DNA of 19,286 nt from Gemmatimonadaceae bacterium. Its GTDB lineage: Bacteria; Gemmatimonadota; Gemmatimonadetes; Gemmatimonadales; Gemmatimonadaceae. A program made the translations under genes and the position numbers. This document shows, in pieces, positions 10,434 through 19,286 of the stretch. Under the pieces are notes generated by a model. That model did no database searches, was not told the origin of the DNA, and saw only the letters and a program-made list of their open reading frames with translations. Each line of letters opens with the position of its first letter. Position 1 is the first letter of the stretch. The stretch is from the NCBI GenBank assembly GCA_044224875.1, contig JBGAJQ010000089.1, forward strand, positions 1-19,286, written 5' to 3'.

Positions 10434-10499
10434 GAAGAACGACTGTCAACTCCACTCTGACGTTCGTCCTACTCACCTTTTTGATACGCGGTTACCGAC

Positions 10500-11969
10500 A
10501 TGGCTGACGACAAGAAACTGACCACCCGCGCGCAGGACTTCAGTGCGTGGTACAACGAGGTTGTGCTCCGCGCCGAACTCGCGGACTACTCACCTGTTCG
10601 AGGATGCATGGTGATCCGCCCAAATGGCTACGGCATTTGGGAACGCATGCAACGCGCACTCGACGACATGTTCAAGGCGACGGGGCATCGCAACGCCTAC
10701 TTCCCCCTGTTCATCCCCGAAAGCTTCCTGCACAAGGAAGCCGAGCATGTGGAGGGATTCGCCCCCGAAGCCGCCGTGGTCACGCACGGGGGAGGAAAGA
10801 AGCTGGAGGAGCCGCTGGTCGTTCGCCCCACGTCCGAGACGATCATCTACTCCATGTATGCCAAGTGGGTGCAGAGCTATCGCGACCTTCCTATCCTCAT
10901 TAACCAGTGGGCGAACGTCGTACGCTGGGAAATGCGCACACGTCTCTTCCTCCGCACGCTGGAGTTTCTCTGGCAGGAAGGTCACACGGCGCACGCGACC
11001 CACGACGAGGCCGAGGCCGAGACGCGGCTCATCCTGGGCGTGTATCGACAGTTCATGGAAGAGTGGATGGCGATGCCCGTCCTGACCGGGCTCAAGACGC
11101 AATCCGAGAAGTTTGCAGGTGCCCTTCGCACGTACGCCTGCGAAGCCATGATGCAGGACAACAAGGCGCTGCAGGCGGGAACGTCGCACAACCTCGGTCA
11201 GAACTTTGCCAAGGCGTTTGAGCTGAAGTTCCAGAGCGAGTCTGGGAACATCGAGCACGCGTGGAATACCTCGTGGGGCGTGTCCACCCGCATGGTGGGC
11301 GGGTTGGTGATGACCCATGGTGACGACAACGGACTGCGGGTACCTCCCAAGCTCGCCCCAGTGGAGGTCGTGGTCGTGCCCATCTGGAAGAGCGATGAGG
11401 AGCGTGCCAGGGTGTTTGAGGCCGCCGACCGGATCAAGGGCGACCTGTCATCCTGGGGGGGCCGCGGTGAGGATCGCATCCGAGTCCACGTGGATCGCCG
11501 CGAGGGCGTGAAGCCTGGCGCGAAGTACTACGAGTGGGAGCTGCAGGGCGTGCCTTTGCGCATCGAGCTCGGTCCTCGCGACCTCGACAAGGGCTCGTGC
11601 CTGTCGGCACGACGCGATACCCGCGAAAAGGCTGCGCTTGCCCTCGACGGATTGCCGGGCGCCGTGGCTGTCCTTCTCGCTCGAATCCAGGGCGACATGC
11701 TTGCCGCTGCACGCGAGCGGCGTGAAGCACACAGCGTGCGCGAGCCCATGGCGTACGACGCGTTCCGCCAGCTCATGGAGGGCGACGGAGCGTTCGTGTA
11801 CGCTGGGTGGAATGGTGATCCCGCCGTCGAAGCGCGCGTGAAGGAAGAGACGAAGGCGACGATTCGCGTCATTCCTGACGACGAGTTCAAGAGCGACGCA
11901 GCGCCCAAGACGTGCATGGTGACGGGTGAGCCTGCGAAGCACGAGGTGGTATGGGCCAGGGCGTACTAG
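10500..11969 (+). CDS. proS: Proline--tRNA ligase, archaeal/eukaryote-like type (no INS editing domain)
   Basis: [58 protein letters not shown] and SWGVSTR; ends in ARAY. Confidence 0.97.
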   Translation: MADDKKLTTRAQDFSAWYNEVVLRAELADYSPVRGCMVIRPNGYGIWERMQRALDDMFKATGHRNAYFPLFIPESFLHKEAEHVEGFAPEAAVVTHGGGKKLEEPLVVRPTSETIIYSMYAKWVQSYRDLPILINQWANVVRWEMRTRLFLRTLEFLWQEGHTAHATHDEAEAETRLILGVYRQFMEEWMAMPVLTGLKTQSEKFAGALRTYACEAMMQDNKALQAGTSHNLGQNFAKAFELKFQSESGNIEHAWNTSWGVSTRMVGGLVMTHGDDNGLRVPPKLAPVEVVVVPIWKSDEERARVFEAADRIKGDLSSWGGRGEDRIRVHVDRREGVKPGAKYYEWELQGVPLRIELGPRDLDKGSCLSARRDTREKAALALDGLPGAVAVLLARIQGDMLAAARERREAHSVREPMAYDAFRQLMEGDGAFVYAGWNGDPAVEARVKEETKATIRVIPDDEFKSDAAPKTCMVTGEPAKHEVVWARAY

Positions 11970-13234
11970 GCGCCCCCTTGGCGCGCGTCGGCGGCACCCT
12001 TTCATGCGAGGGGGTGCCGCTCGATGCGCTGGCCGGGGCTGTTGGTACACCGCTCTACGCGTACTCAACGGCCTCGATCAAAGGACAGTACCAACGTCTC
12101 AGCGACGCGCTGGCTGATGTGCCGCACCGAATCCACTATGCCTGCAAGGCGAATGGCAACCTCGCCATCCTCTCCCTTTTGCGATCGTTAGGCAGCCTGG
12201 TGGACGTCGTGTCGGGCGGCGAGTTGCACCGAGTTCGAAAGGCAGGCTACGCTCCCGACCAGGTCATCTTCGGCGGAGTCGGCAAGGGTGAGGCGGAGAT
12301 CCTCGAAGCGCTCGATGCCGGCGTACACATCCTGAGCCTCGAGAGCGAGGAAGAATTGAACCTCGTCAATCGACTGGCGGGCGAGCGGGGCGTGTGTCCG
12401 CGGATCGGTTTGCGCGTGAATCCCGAGATTACCGTGGAGTCCGTGCACTCCTACATCAAGACGGGACAGAAGGGCGACAAGTTCGGGGTTCCGCACGACC
12501 AGGCAATAGCGGTGGCCAAGCGCGCGGCCTCGCTCCCGAATGTTCGACTGGTGGCCATCGGGATGCACATCGGGTCGCAGGTGACGGACCTGAACGCCTA
12601 TGGCGCCGGACTCGCCAAGCTCGAGGCGCTGGTCACGGCACTCCGAACGGCAGGGATCTCCACCCTCGAGTACGTCGATGTTGGTGGCGGCTTGTTCGTG
12701 CCATATGACGACGAGCCGCCGGTTGATCTTGCGGCTTACGCCGCGTTGGTCGCGCCCGTTGTTCGTCGACTCGGCCTAACGCTGGTAATCGAGCCCGGGA
12801 GATTCCTTGTCGCGGAGTCCGGTGTCTTGGTCACACGCGTCTTGTATCGGAAGCGGAGCGGGGGAAAGACGCTCCTTGTGACCGACGCCGGGATGACCGA
12901 CCTGCTTCGTCCGTCGCACTATCAGGCGTATCATCGCATCGAGGCAGTAACGCCCACGGCCGGAAGTGCCACGTTCGACGTGGTGGGTCCAATTTGTGAA
13001 AGCGGTGACTTCCTGGCGATCGATCGGACGATGGACGACGTCGCAACTGGAGCCCTGTTGTGCATCTTTACTGCCGGTGCGTACGGGTTCTGCATGTCGT
13101 CGAATTACAACGCACGCCCGCGCCCCGTAGAGGTTCTCGTCGACGGGGATCGTTGGGCGATTGTGACACAACGCGAACGCTACGACGACCTGACGCGGCT
13201 CGAAACTGCCACCCCCACCTGGAGCGAGCTCTGA
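11951..13234 (+). CDS. lysA: Diaminopimelate decarboxylase
   Basis: GTPLYAY, PLP lysine in [31 protein letters not shown] and [15 protein letters not shown] preceded by GAGGTG, overlapping the proS end by 19 nt. Confidence 0.95.
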   Translation: MGQGVLGAPLARVGGTLSCEGVPLDALAGAVGTPLYAYSTASIKGQYQRLSDALADVPHRIHYACKANGNLAILSLLRSLGSLVDVVSGGELHRVRKAGYAPDQVIFGGVGKGEAEILEALDAGVHILSLESEEELNLVNRLAGERGVCPRIGLRVNPEITVESVHSYIKTGQKGDKFGVPHDQAIAVAKRAASLPNVRLVAIGMHIGSQVTDLNAYGAGLAKLEALVTALRTAGISTLEYVDVGGGLFVPYDDEPPVDLAAYAALVAPVVRRLGLTLVIEPGRFLVAESGVLVTRVLYRKRSGGKTLLVTDAGMTDLLRPSHYQAYHRIEAVTPTAGSATFDVVGPICESGDFLAIDRTMDDVATGALLCIFTAGAYGFCMSSNYNARPRPVEVLVDGDRWAIVTQRERYDDLTRLETATPTWSEL

Positions 13235-13734
13235 TGCGCGTGGGCCTGATGTCCGATACGCACGATCGTTTGCCGGCGATCGACGCGTTGTTGCGACAGA
13301 TGCAGGAGCGCGGGATCTCGTTGGTGCTGCACTGCGGAGATTTCTGTGCCCCGTTCTCGCTGCTGCCGTTCCTGAACCTCAACATGACGTTGGCCGGAGT
13401 GTTTGGACGAAACGACGGCGATCACGAAGGCTTGCGAGCCATTGCGGCGCGCGGGCTCGGCATCGAGCTCTTTGAATCGCCGCATAGCATGGAAGTGGCC
13501 GGCCAGCGACTCCTGCTCGTCCACGATCTGGCGGACCTGAGTCAGCATTCGCTGGACCAGCACTCGATTGTCGTGCACGGCTTCACCCACCGAGAGGAAA
13601 TGAAGGAACGCGGCGATACCCTGATCGTAAACCCGGGGGAAGCGTGCGGGTGGCTGCACGGCGCTCCGTCAGCCGCAATCCTCGACCTCGAGACCAAGGC
13701 GGTGGAGTTCATCAAATTGCCGGAGAGCGCGTGA
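13234..13734 (+). CDS. MJ0936/YfcE-family metallophosphoesterase with altered metal ligands
   Basis: [30 protein letters not shown] and [13 protein letters not shown] overlap with lysA; 166 aa. Confidence 0.9.
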   Translation: MRVGLMSDTHDRLPAIDALLRQMQERGISLVLHCGDFCAPFSLLPFLNLNMTLAGVFGRNDGDHEGLRAIAARGLGIELFESPHSMEVAGQRLLLVHDLADLSQHSLDQHSIVVHGFTHREEMKERGDTLIVNPGEACGWLHGAPSAAILDLETKAVEFIKLPESA

Positions 13735-15290
13735 CTGATCCGACGGCGGGCAACCGCATCCTGATCCTCGACTGTGGTTCGCAGTTCACCCAACTGATCG
13801 CACGCCGGGTTCGCGAGGCCCGAGTTTATTGCGAGATCCATCCGCCGACGCGCTCACTCGAATGGATCAAGGCGTGGAAGCCGAGTGGAATCATTCTCTC
13901 CGGAGGCCCGGCCTCGGTGACGGACGAGGGAGCGCCCACGTTCGATCGCGGGATACTGGACTTGGGTCCGCTGCTTGGTGTGTGCTACGGCATGCAGTGG
14001 ATCGCGCACTCCGAAGGCGTGCCGGTGGTGGGCGGTGGGCGACGCGAGTACGGCCGCGCCGAAGTCACGGTGCGTGAACCATCGTGCGTGTTTAGCGGCT
14101 TTGAAGCGGGCGAACGAACGCAGGCGTGGATGTCCCATGGTGATCACGTCGAAAGCGTTCCGCCCGGCTACGTGCTTACCGCCTCCAGCTCCGACAATCC
14201 CGTGGTCGGGATGCGGCACGCCAGCAAGCCAATCCACGCGATCCAGTTTCACGCCGAGGTGGCGCACACGACGCGCGGCGCCGACATCATCTCGAACTTC
14301 CTGTTCGAGGTGTGCGGCTGCCAGCCAACGTGGACACCAGGGGCCTTCATTGCCGACGAGATCGAGAAGATCCGATCATTGGTTGGATCGGCCCGTGTGA
14401 TCTGCGGGTTGTCGGGTGGCGTCGATTCCGCGGTCGCAGCAGCCCTCGTGCATCGAGCGATCGGGGATCAGCTCACGTGCATCTTTGTCGACACCGGCCT
14501 GTTGCGCCTACACGAAAGAGAACAGGTCGAACGCACCTTTCGCGCGCATCTTGGCATAGACCTCGTGACGGTGCGCGCGGAACAGCGATTTCTGGATGGT
14601 CTGGCAGGTGTGGAGGAGCCGGAGAAGAAGCGAACCATCATCGGCCACACGTTCATCGATACCTTCGAGGACGCGGCACAGAACGTCGGGCCCAACGTGG
14701 AGTTCCTCGTTCAGGGAACGCTGTACCCCGACGTGATCGAGAGCTTCTCACCGCGCGGTGGACCCAGTGTCACCATCAAGACGCATCATAATGTTGGCGG
14801 ACTCAAGCCGGGCATGAAGTTCAAGCTGATCGAGCCGTTGCGCGAGCTGTTCAAGGACGAGGTGCGGAATGTGGGGCGCGAGTTGGGGCTGCCGGAGGAG
14901 ATGGTGGGACGGCATCCCTTCCCAGGGCCGGGGCTGGCCATTCGGGTCTTGAGCGACGTGACGCAGGAGAAGCTCGACGTCCTACGGCAAGCCGACGCGA
15001 TCTACCTGGACGAGATTCGTTCAGCCGGCCTGTACAACGACATCTGGCAGGCGTTCGCGGTGTTGCTGCCCGTGCGCTCCGTTGGCGTCATGGGTGACTA
15101 TCGAACGTACGAGAACGTCGTTGGCTTGCGCGCCGTGACCAGCACCGACGGCATGACGGCGGACTGGTTCCCATTTCCGCATGAAGTCTTGGCGCGAATG
15201 TCCAATCGCATCATCAACGAAGTGAAAGGCGTGAACCGTGTCGTCTACGACGTGAGCTCAAAGCCGCCCGCCACGATCGAATGGGAGTAG
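13731..15290 (+). CDS. guaA: GMP synthase (glutamine-hydrolysing)
   Basis: [56 protein letters not shown] and [13 protein letters not shown] overlap with the upstream gene. Confidence 0.97.
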   Translation: MTDPTAGNRILILDCGSQFTQLIARRVREARVYCEIHPPTRSLEWIKAWKPSGIILSGGPASVTDEGAPTFDRGILDLGPLLGVCYGMQWIAHSEGVPVVGGGRREYGRAEVTVREPSCVFSGFEAGERTQAWMSHGDHVESVPPGYVLTASSSDNPVVGMRHASKPIHAIQFHAEVAHTTRGADIISNFLFEVCGCQPTWTPGAFIADEIEKIRSLVGSARVICGLSGGVDSAVAAALVHRAIGDQLTCIFVDTGLLRLHEREQVERTFRAHLGIDLVTVRAEQRFLDGLAGVEEPEKKRTIIGHTFIDTFEDAAQNVGPNVEFLVQGTLYPDVIESFSPRGGPSVTIKTHHNVGGLKPGMKFKLIEPLRELFKDEVRNVGRELGLPEEMVGRHPFPGPGLAIRVLSDVTQEKLDVLRQADAIYLDEIRSAGLYNDIWQAFAVLLPVRSVGVMGDYRTYENVVGLRAVTSTDGMTADWFPFPHEVLARMSNRIINEVKGVNRVVYDVSSKPPATIEWE

Positions 15291-15352
15291 TACCGCCGGC
15301 GATTGCGTCGGCGAGGTAGCGGGTTGGGCGCAGCCTGTCGTATCGTTCGCCC

Positions 15353-16813
15353 GTGACGCGACACGACCACGAAGCCGAAGAGTCTCTACGTGCCCTGCGC
15401 ATTCCGACGCGCCGGGAGATTCGCGATGTCGCGCGACTGGCGGCGCCCATCGTTATGGTGCAGGTCGGCATGATGCTGATGGGTGTTGTGGATACCGCCA
15501 TCGTCGGACATGTCAGCGAAATCGGCCTTGCCGGTGTGGCGCTGGGCAACCTGTTCTGGTTTGTCGTCACCACTCTGGGGCAGGGCACGATCATGGCCCT
15601 GGACCCCATTGTGGCGCAGGCCGTCGGGGCGCGGGATGACGTGGCCGTTGCGAGGGGCCTGCAGCGTGGATTGCTGCTCGCGACGGCGATCGCGATCCTG
15701 TCTGGCATCGCCTTGGTGCCGGCCGAGTCGTTCTTCACCTTGGCGCGCCAGCCCGCCGAAGTTCGACCCCTGGCTGCCGAGTACGCGCAGATCTGCATCG
15801 TGGGGCAGTTGCCCTTCTTTGTGTTCGTCGTGCTTCGTCAATCGATGCAGGCGTTCAGCCGCGTGCGCCCAATCCTCGTAGCCGTTGTCATCGCGAACGT
15901 CGTGAACGCGCTACTGGACTGGGTGCTCGTGTTTGGGAGACTGGGAGCGCCGCAGTTGGGTCCGATTGGAAGCGCCTATGCCACGGTAGGTAGCCGCTGG
16001 GTGATGTGCGTGGTACTCGCCTGGGCCGGTCGTGATGTCTTTCGGACGTACCTGCGTCCCTGGCGCCCGGATGCGTTCAACCTGACGGCATTTCGGCGCA
16101 TGCTTCTCTTGGGCGTTCCAATCGGGATCCATCAGTGGATCGAAGCCGTGGCCTTCAGCCTCGGGCTCATTCTGGTGGGCTTGATGGGAACGACCGCCGT
16201 TGCGGCGCACCAGATCACCATCACCCTGGCGGCGTTGACCTACATGGTGCCGCTGGGCGTTGCTGCTGCCGCGGCGGTCCTGGTCGGCCACGCGATCGGT
16301 CGCGGCGAGCCCGATGCCGCTCGGCGCGAGGCCGGAGCCGCGCTGGCCTGCGGCGTCGGCTTCATGTGCCTTACCGCGGTCATCCTCATCGTACTCCCCA
16401 GCGCGTTGGCGCACAGTTTTACGTCCGATCCCAAGGTCATAGCGATCGCGCTAACGCTCATTCCACTGGCAGGCGTCTTTCAGGTGTTCGACGGGATTCA
16501 AGGGGTGTCGAGCGGCATCCTTCGCGGGGCGGGGGATACCCACGTCCCCGCGTTGTTGAATCTGACGGGGTACGCCGTTGGCCTGCCGGTGGGTGGCTGG
16601 CTGGCGTTCTCGCGCGGCATGGGGCCGGCCGGCATCTGGTGGGGACTGGTGGTCGGCCTGGCGGCGGTGGGAGCCGCGCTGGGCTGGCGCGTCCACTATC
16701 GCCTGGGTCGCGAGCTCGAGCGCATCGATGTCGACGCGCCGCGTCCGGTACCGAGGTATCGGGCGCCGAGCGAGGCGCTGGACATCCCGACCGTCGATGG
16801 TGCCTCGGGCTAG
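15353..16813 (+). CDS. MATE family efflux transporter (NorM-like)
   Basis: Two hydrophobic halves with MATE signatures LAAPIV, GVVDTAIVGH, AAHQI, FQVFDGIQGVSSGILRGAGDT and GPAGIWWGL. TATCGT lies 6 nt before the GTG start. Confidence 0.92.
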   Translation: MTRHDHEAEESLRALRIPTRREIRDVARLAAPIVMVQVGMMLMGVVDTAIVGHVSEIGLAGVALGNLFWFVVTTLGQGTIMALDPIVAQAVGARDDVAVARGLQRGLLLATAIAILSGIALVPAESFFTLARQPAEVRPLAAEYAQICIVGQLPFFVFVVLRQSMQAFSRVRPILVAVVIANVVNALLDWVLVFGRLGAPQLGPIGSAYATVGSRWVMCVVLAWAGRDVFRTYLRPWRPDAFNLTAFRRMLLLGVPIGIHQWIEAVAFSLGLILVGLMGTTAVAAHQITITLAALTYMVPLGVAAAAAVLVGHAIGRGEPDAARREAGAALACGVGFMCLTAVILIVLPSALAHSFTSDPKVIAIALTLIPLAGVFQVFDGIQGVSSGILRGAGDTHVPALLNLTGYAVGLPVGGWLAFSRGMGPAGIWWGLVVGLAAVGAALGWRVHYRLGRELERIDVDAPRPVPRYRAPSEALDIPTVDGASG

Positions 16814-17262
16814 ATGCTCTTTTCCTGGAGCAGGGCCATGAACTCGGACGGCGTCGTCAACTGCAGCAACCGTTCGGGAACGTCTGGTTCCTTGGAGAAC
16901 TGCGCGATCTTGCCGAGTACTGGCAGGTATTGATTCGAAACCTCGAGTGGCGGCGCGACGATCAGGAAAAAGAACTTCACGGGCTTCTCGTCGATCGCCT
17001 TGAAGTCGAGCCCATCGGGCTTGCGCCCGAACGCCACGCGCAACTTGCTCACGACCAGGGAGCGGCAATGCGGGATGGCGATGTTGCGGCCAATTCCGGT
17101 CGATCCAAGGTTCTCACGACGCTTCAACATCTTGAACAGCATCGCCTCGGACTTTTCATCCAGCTTGAGCAAACCAATGAGCTCCTTGAGGATCTCATCC
17201 TTGCTCGCGCCCTCGAGATTCAGCTTTACGGCGTCTTCGGAGAAAAACTCGCGCAGTTCCAT
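16810..17262 (-). CDS. Stand-alone PTS EIIA domain protein (EIIA-Ntr/fructose-mannitol family, PtsN-like)
   Basis: MELREFFSEDAV..., RRENLGSTGIGRNIAIPHCR with the phospho-His, DFKAIDEKPVKFFFLIVAP. GGGGA RBS before ATG 17262. Confidence 0.92.
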   Translation of the reverse strand: MELREFFSEDAVKLNLEGASKDEILKELIGLLKLDEKSEAMLFKMLKRRENLGSTGIGRNIAIPHCRSLVVSKLRVAFGRKPDGLDFKAIDEKPVKFFFLIVAPPLEVSNQYLPVLGKIAQFSKEPDVPERLLQLTTPSEFMALLQEKSI

Positions 17263-17352
17263 CCGGTCCCCGTCGATTTTCAGTGACGCGACCCGCCCTT
17301 CCGGCCGCCGTCGCGCGGCGAGCGCCGCGTGTGACATGAAAGTGAAGCGCGC

Positions 17353-17381
17353 AACTTACCGCGCAAGGCAAGTCGTGTCAA
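17353..17381 (-). promoter_or_regulatory. Putative sigma70 promoter of the EIIA gene
   Basis: On the - strand: perfect TTGACA (17381-17376), 17 nt, TAAGTT (17358-17353). Confidence 0.7.
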
Positions 17382-17390
17382 ATCTTCATG

Positions 17391-17419
17391 TTGCGAGCTT
17401 TTTTCGTGCTGGTTAGCTT
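17391..17419 (+). promoter_or_regulatory. Putative near-leaderless promoter of dusB
   Basis: TTGCGA (17391-17396), 17 nt, TAGCTT (17414-17419), 8 nt before ATG 17428. No SD; back-to-back with the EIIA promoter. Confidence 0.55.
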
Positions 17420-17427
17420 GCCAATTC

Positions 17428-18450
17428 ATGCGCTTTCCGTACCCAGTTGCCCACGATGTACCGGTGATTCTTGCGCCAATGGCCGGCGTATCGGAATCAC
17501 CGTTCCGTCGCATTTGCCGTCGATTTGGCGCGGACGTCGTGGTCACCGAATTCCTCTCTGCCGAAGGCATTCGGCGTGAGAATCCGGCGACGCTGAGCAA
17601 GTTGCGGTTCGGAGCGGACGAGCGGACGATCGGTGTCCAGATCTTCGGGGCCGACCCAGATGCCATGCGCGAGGCAGCACAGCTGGTCACTGAGGTATTT
17701 GACCCGGAGTTCATCGATATCAACTTCGGCTGCCCCGTGAAGAAGGTCGTCAGGCGAAATGGTGGCTCCGGCTGTTTGCGCGACATGGACCTCGTACAGC
17801 GCGTGATTCGCGCCGTGTCGTCTGGCACTCATCTGCCGGTGACGGTGAAGATCCGAAGCGGGTGGAACGAGGAGATGCGATCTCCGGTTGACATCGCGCT
17901 CCGTTGCCAGGACGCCGGCGCTCGCGCACTCACCCTTCATCCTCGCACGCGAACCCAGATGTATACGGGGGCTGCCAACTGGGATGAGATTGCCGCCGTG
18001 AAGTCGGCGCTTTCCATTCCCGTCATTGGCAACGGCGACATCAAGACGTCGGCCGACGCCGCACGGATGCGATCCCATACTGGATGTGACGCGATCATGA
18101 TTGCCCGCGGGTCGTTCGGGCAGCCTTGGATCTTTCGCGAAACGCGTGCCTTGCTCGATGGAACGCCGATTCCCGCTGCCCCAGGCGTTGCCGAGCGATT
18201 CCAAATTGCGCTGGACCACGCGCGTATGGCGGACGCGTGCGAGCCGGATCGGCGAGGCGCCGCGATCGAGTTTCGAAAGCACCTGGGGTGGTATGTGAAG
18301 GGACTGCCCGGAAGTGCGGATCTTCGGCGCCGACTCCACGCCATCGAGTCGTTAGGCGAGGTGGAAGGGATCTTTGAACGGTACCTGCGCAACCCGCCAG
18401 ACGCCGAAGGCACGTCGGTGCCCGCGTCCGCACTGGCGTTGGGCGCGTGA
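17428..18450 (+). CDS. dusB: tRNA-dihydrouridine synthase (DusB-like)
   Basis: ILAPMAGV, DINFGCPVKKV (catalytic Cys), PVTVKIRSGW, HPRT, IPVIGNGDI and IMIARGSFGQPWIF. Confidence 0.94.
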   Translation: MRFPYPVAHDVPVILAPMAGVSESPFRRICRRFGADVVVTEFLSAEGIRRENPATLSKLRFGADERTIGVQIFGADPDAMREAAQLVTEVFDPEFIDINFGCPVKKVVRRNGGSGCLRDMDLVQRVIRAVSSGTHLPVTVKIRSGWNEEMRSPVDIALRCQDAGARALTLHPRTRTQMYTGAANWDEIAAVKSALSIPVIGNGDIKTSADAARMRSHTGCDAIMIARGSFGQPWIFRETRALLDGTPIPAAPGVAERFQIALDHARMADACEPDRRGAAIEFRKHLGWYVKGLPGSADLRRRLHAIESLGEVEGIFERYLRNPPDAEGTSVPASALALGA

Positions 18451-19210
18451 ATCCGCGACCGCGCCCTCAAGCTGCTCCAAGGGGTCGCTGACGGCAGCGT
18501 GGAACCTCGCGACGCCTTGGAGGAGTTGTCCCTGGCGCCGACCGAGTCCCTTCCGTTCGCCACGGTCGATCATCACCGGGCGATCCGTCAGGGCTACCCG
18601 GAAGTCATCTTTGGCGCCGGCACGACCGCGGAACAATGTGTTCTTATCGCCGAACGGATCGCCGTCCGTGGAAACGGCTTTCTCGTAACCCGTGCCTCGG
18701 CGGACGCTCGCGACGCACTGATCGCGCGATTCCCTTCGGCGCGGGCGAACCACACGGCGCAGACTGTGGCGCTTACCGCCGAAGGTGCCATTGCACCGCA
18801 CAGGGGGGTGGTTCTCGTCATCACGGCGGGCACCAGTGACCTGCCCGTGGCTGAGGAGGCGGTCGAGACACTCAAGGCGCTGGGATGCGAGGCGAGGCAA
18901 CTGACCGACGTGGGCGTGGCCGGTATCCACCGGTTGCTGGGGCTGCTGGCGATGAACTCCTGCGGGCCAAGGTGGTGATCGTTGCAGGAATGGACGGCGC
19001 CCTTCCGTCGGTCGTCGGCGGTTTGTATTGCCCCGGTCATCGTAAAGCCGACGAGCGTGGGTTACGGCGCGGCGTTCCAAGGGCTTGTCTGCTTCTCACG
19101 ATGCTAAACAGCTGTGCGGCCGGCGTGACGGTGGTGAACATCGACAACGGCTTCTGGTGGCCGCCGCGGCCGCGCGCATCATGAGAGGCGTAGAGCGCTG
19201 CTCCGGCTGA
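18447..19210 (+). pseudogene. larB: LarB (nickel-pincer cofactor biosynthesis; PurE/AIR-carboxylase-like), frameshifted in this sequence, possibly artefactually
   Basis: LarB motifs are spread across frames: DHHRAIRQGYPEVIFG, TAGTSDLPVAEEA and DVGVAGIHRLL; AGMDGALPSVVGGL; PTSVGYGAAFQGL; MLNSCAAGVTVVNIDNGF; AAAAARI. GTGA overlap with dusB. End coordinate is approximate. Confidence 0.85.
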
Positions 19211-19286
19211 GGGCAGGTCGCGTAGTACTTGCGCGGAACGACCGGGACGCGCTGTTCGTCAACGACTTGCGCTACGCATTTCATGT

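Noticed and set aside
10434..10499. Possible T-box or attenuator upstream of proS (weak GAAC/GTTC and GTCA/TGAC pairing, then a T run)
   Set aside because: Only 66 nt, no T-box consensus and a weak stem.
13731..14260. GuaA motif variants DCGSQF and QFHAE
   Set aside because: The catalytic Cys-His-Glu triad is intact and the substitutions look like ordinary divergence.
16135..17286. 383-aa + strand ORF spanning the MATE and EIIA genes
   Set aside because: Alternative frame of MATE joined to the antisense of EIIA; low-complexity Arg/Gly translation.
18448..18453. dusB-larB fusion by TGA readthrough, since the larB N-terminal frame equals the dusB frame
   Set aside because: Better explained by a GTGA start overlap plus one extra C, consistent with the other indels in larB.
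19096..19286. Minus-strand ORF at the window end, possibly the 3' end of a convergent gene
   Set aside because: Too short, in an apparently error-rich stretch, and without a recognisable motif.

Overview
High-GC bacterial housekeeping region, almost all on the + strand: 3' end of alanine dehydrogenase (ald), dut, the rod-shape cluster mreB-mreC-mreD-mrdA(PBP2)-rodA, accD-folC, hisS, an archaeal/eukaryote-type proS, lysA, an MJ0936/YfcE-family metallophosphoesterase, guaA and a MATE transporter. A stand-alone PTS EIIA gene follows on the - strand, then divergent dusB and a larB homologue broken by about five frameshifts at the window end, more likely sequence error than decay. Protein style suggests Gemmatimonadota or an FCB-related lineage, but this is an unverified inference. 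I see no RNA genes, mobile elements, CRISPR or defence system, and no clearly new multi-gene system. The most interesting signals are: (1) the metallophosphoesterase has lost two ligands of one metal site (N59R, H117F) while keeping the rest; (2) the MreC tail is dense in D-S-[A/L/V/T] motifs that match the Bacteroidota O-glycosylation sequon; (3) several sigma70-like -10 boxes sit 6-8 nt before SD-less start codons, suggesting leaderless mRNAs; (4) the ProRS C-terminal domain has lost its zinc cysteines.
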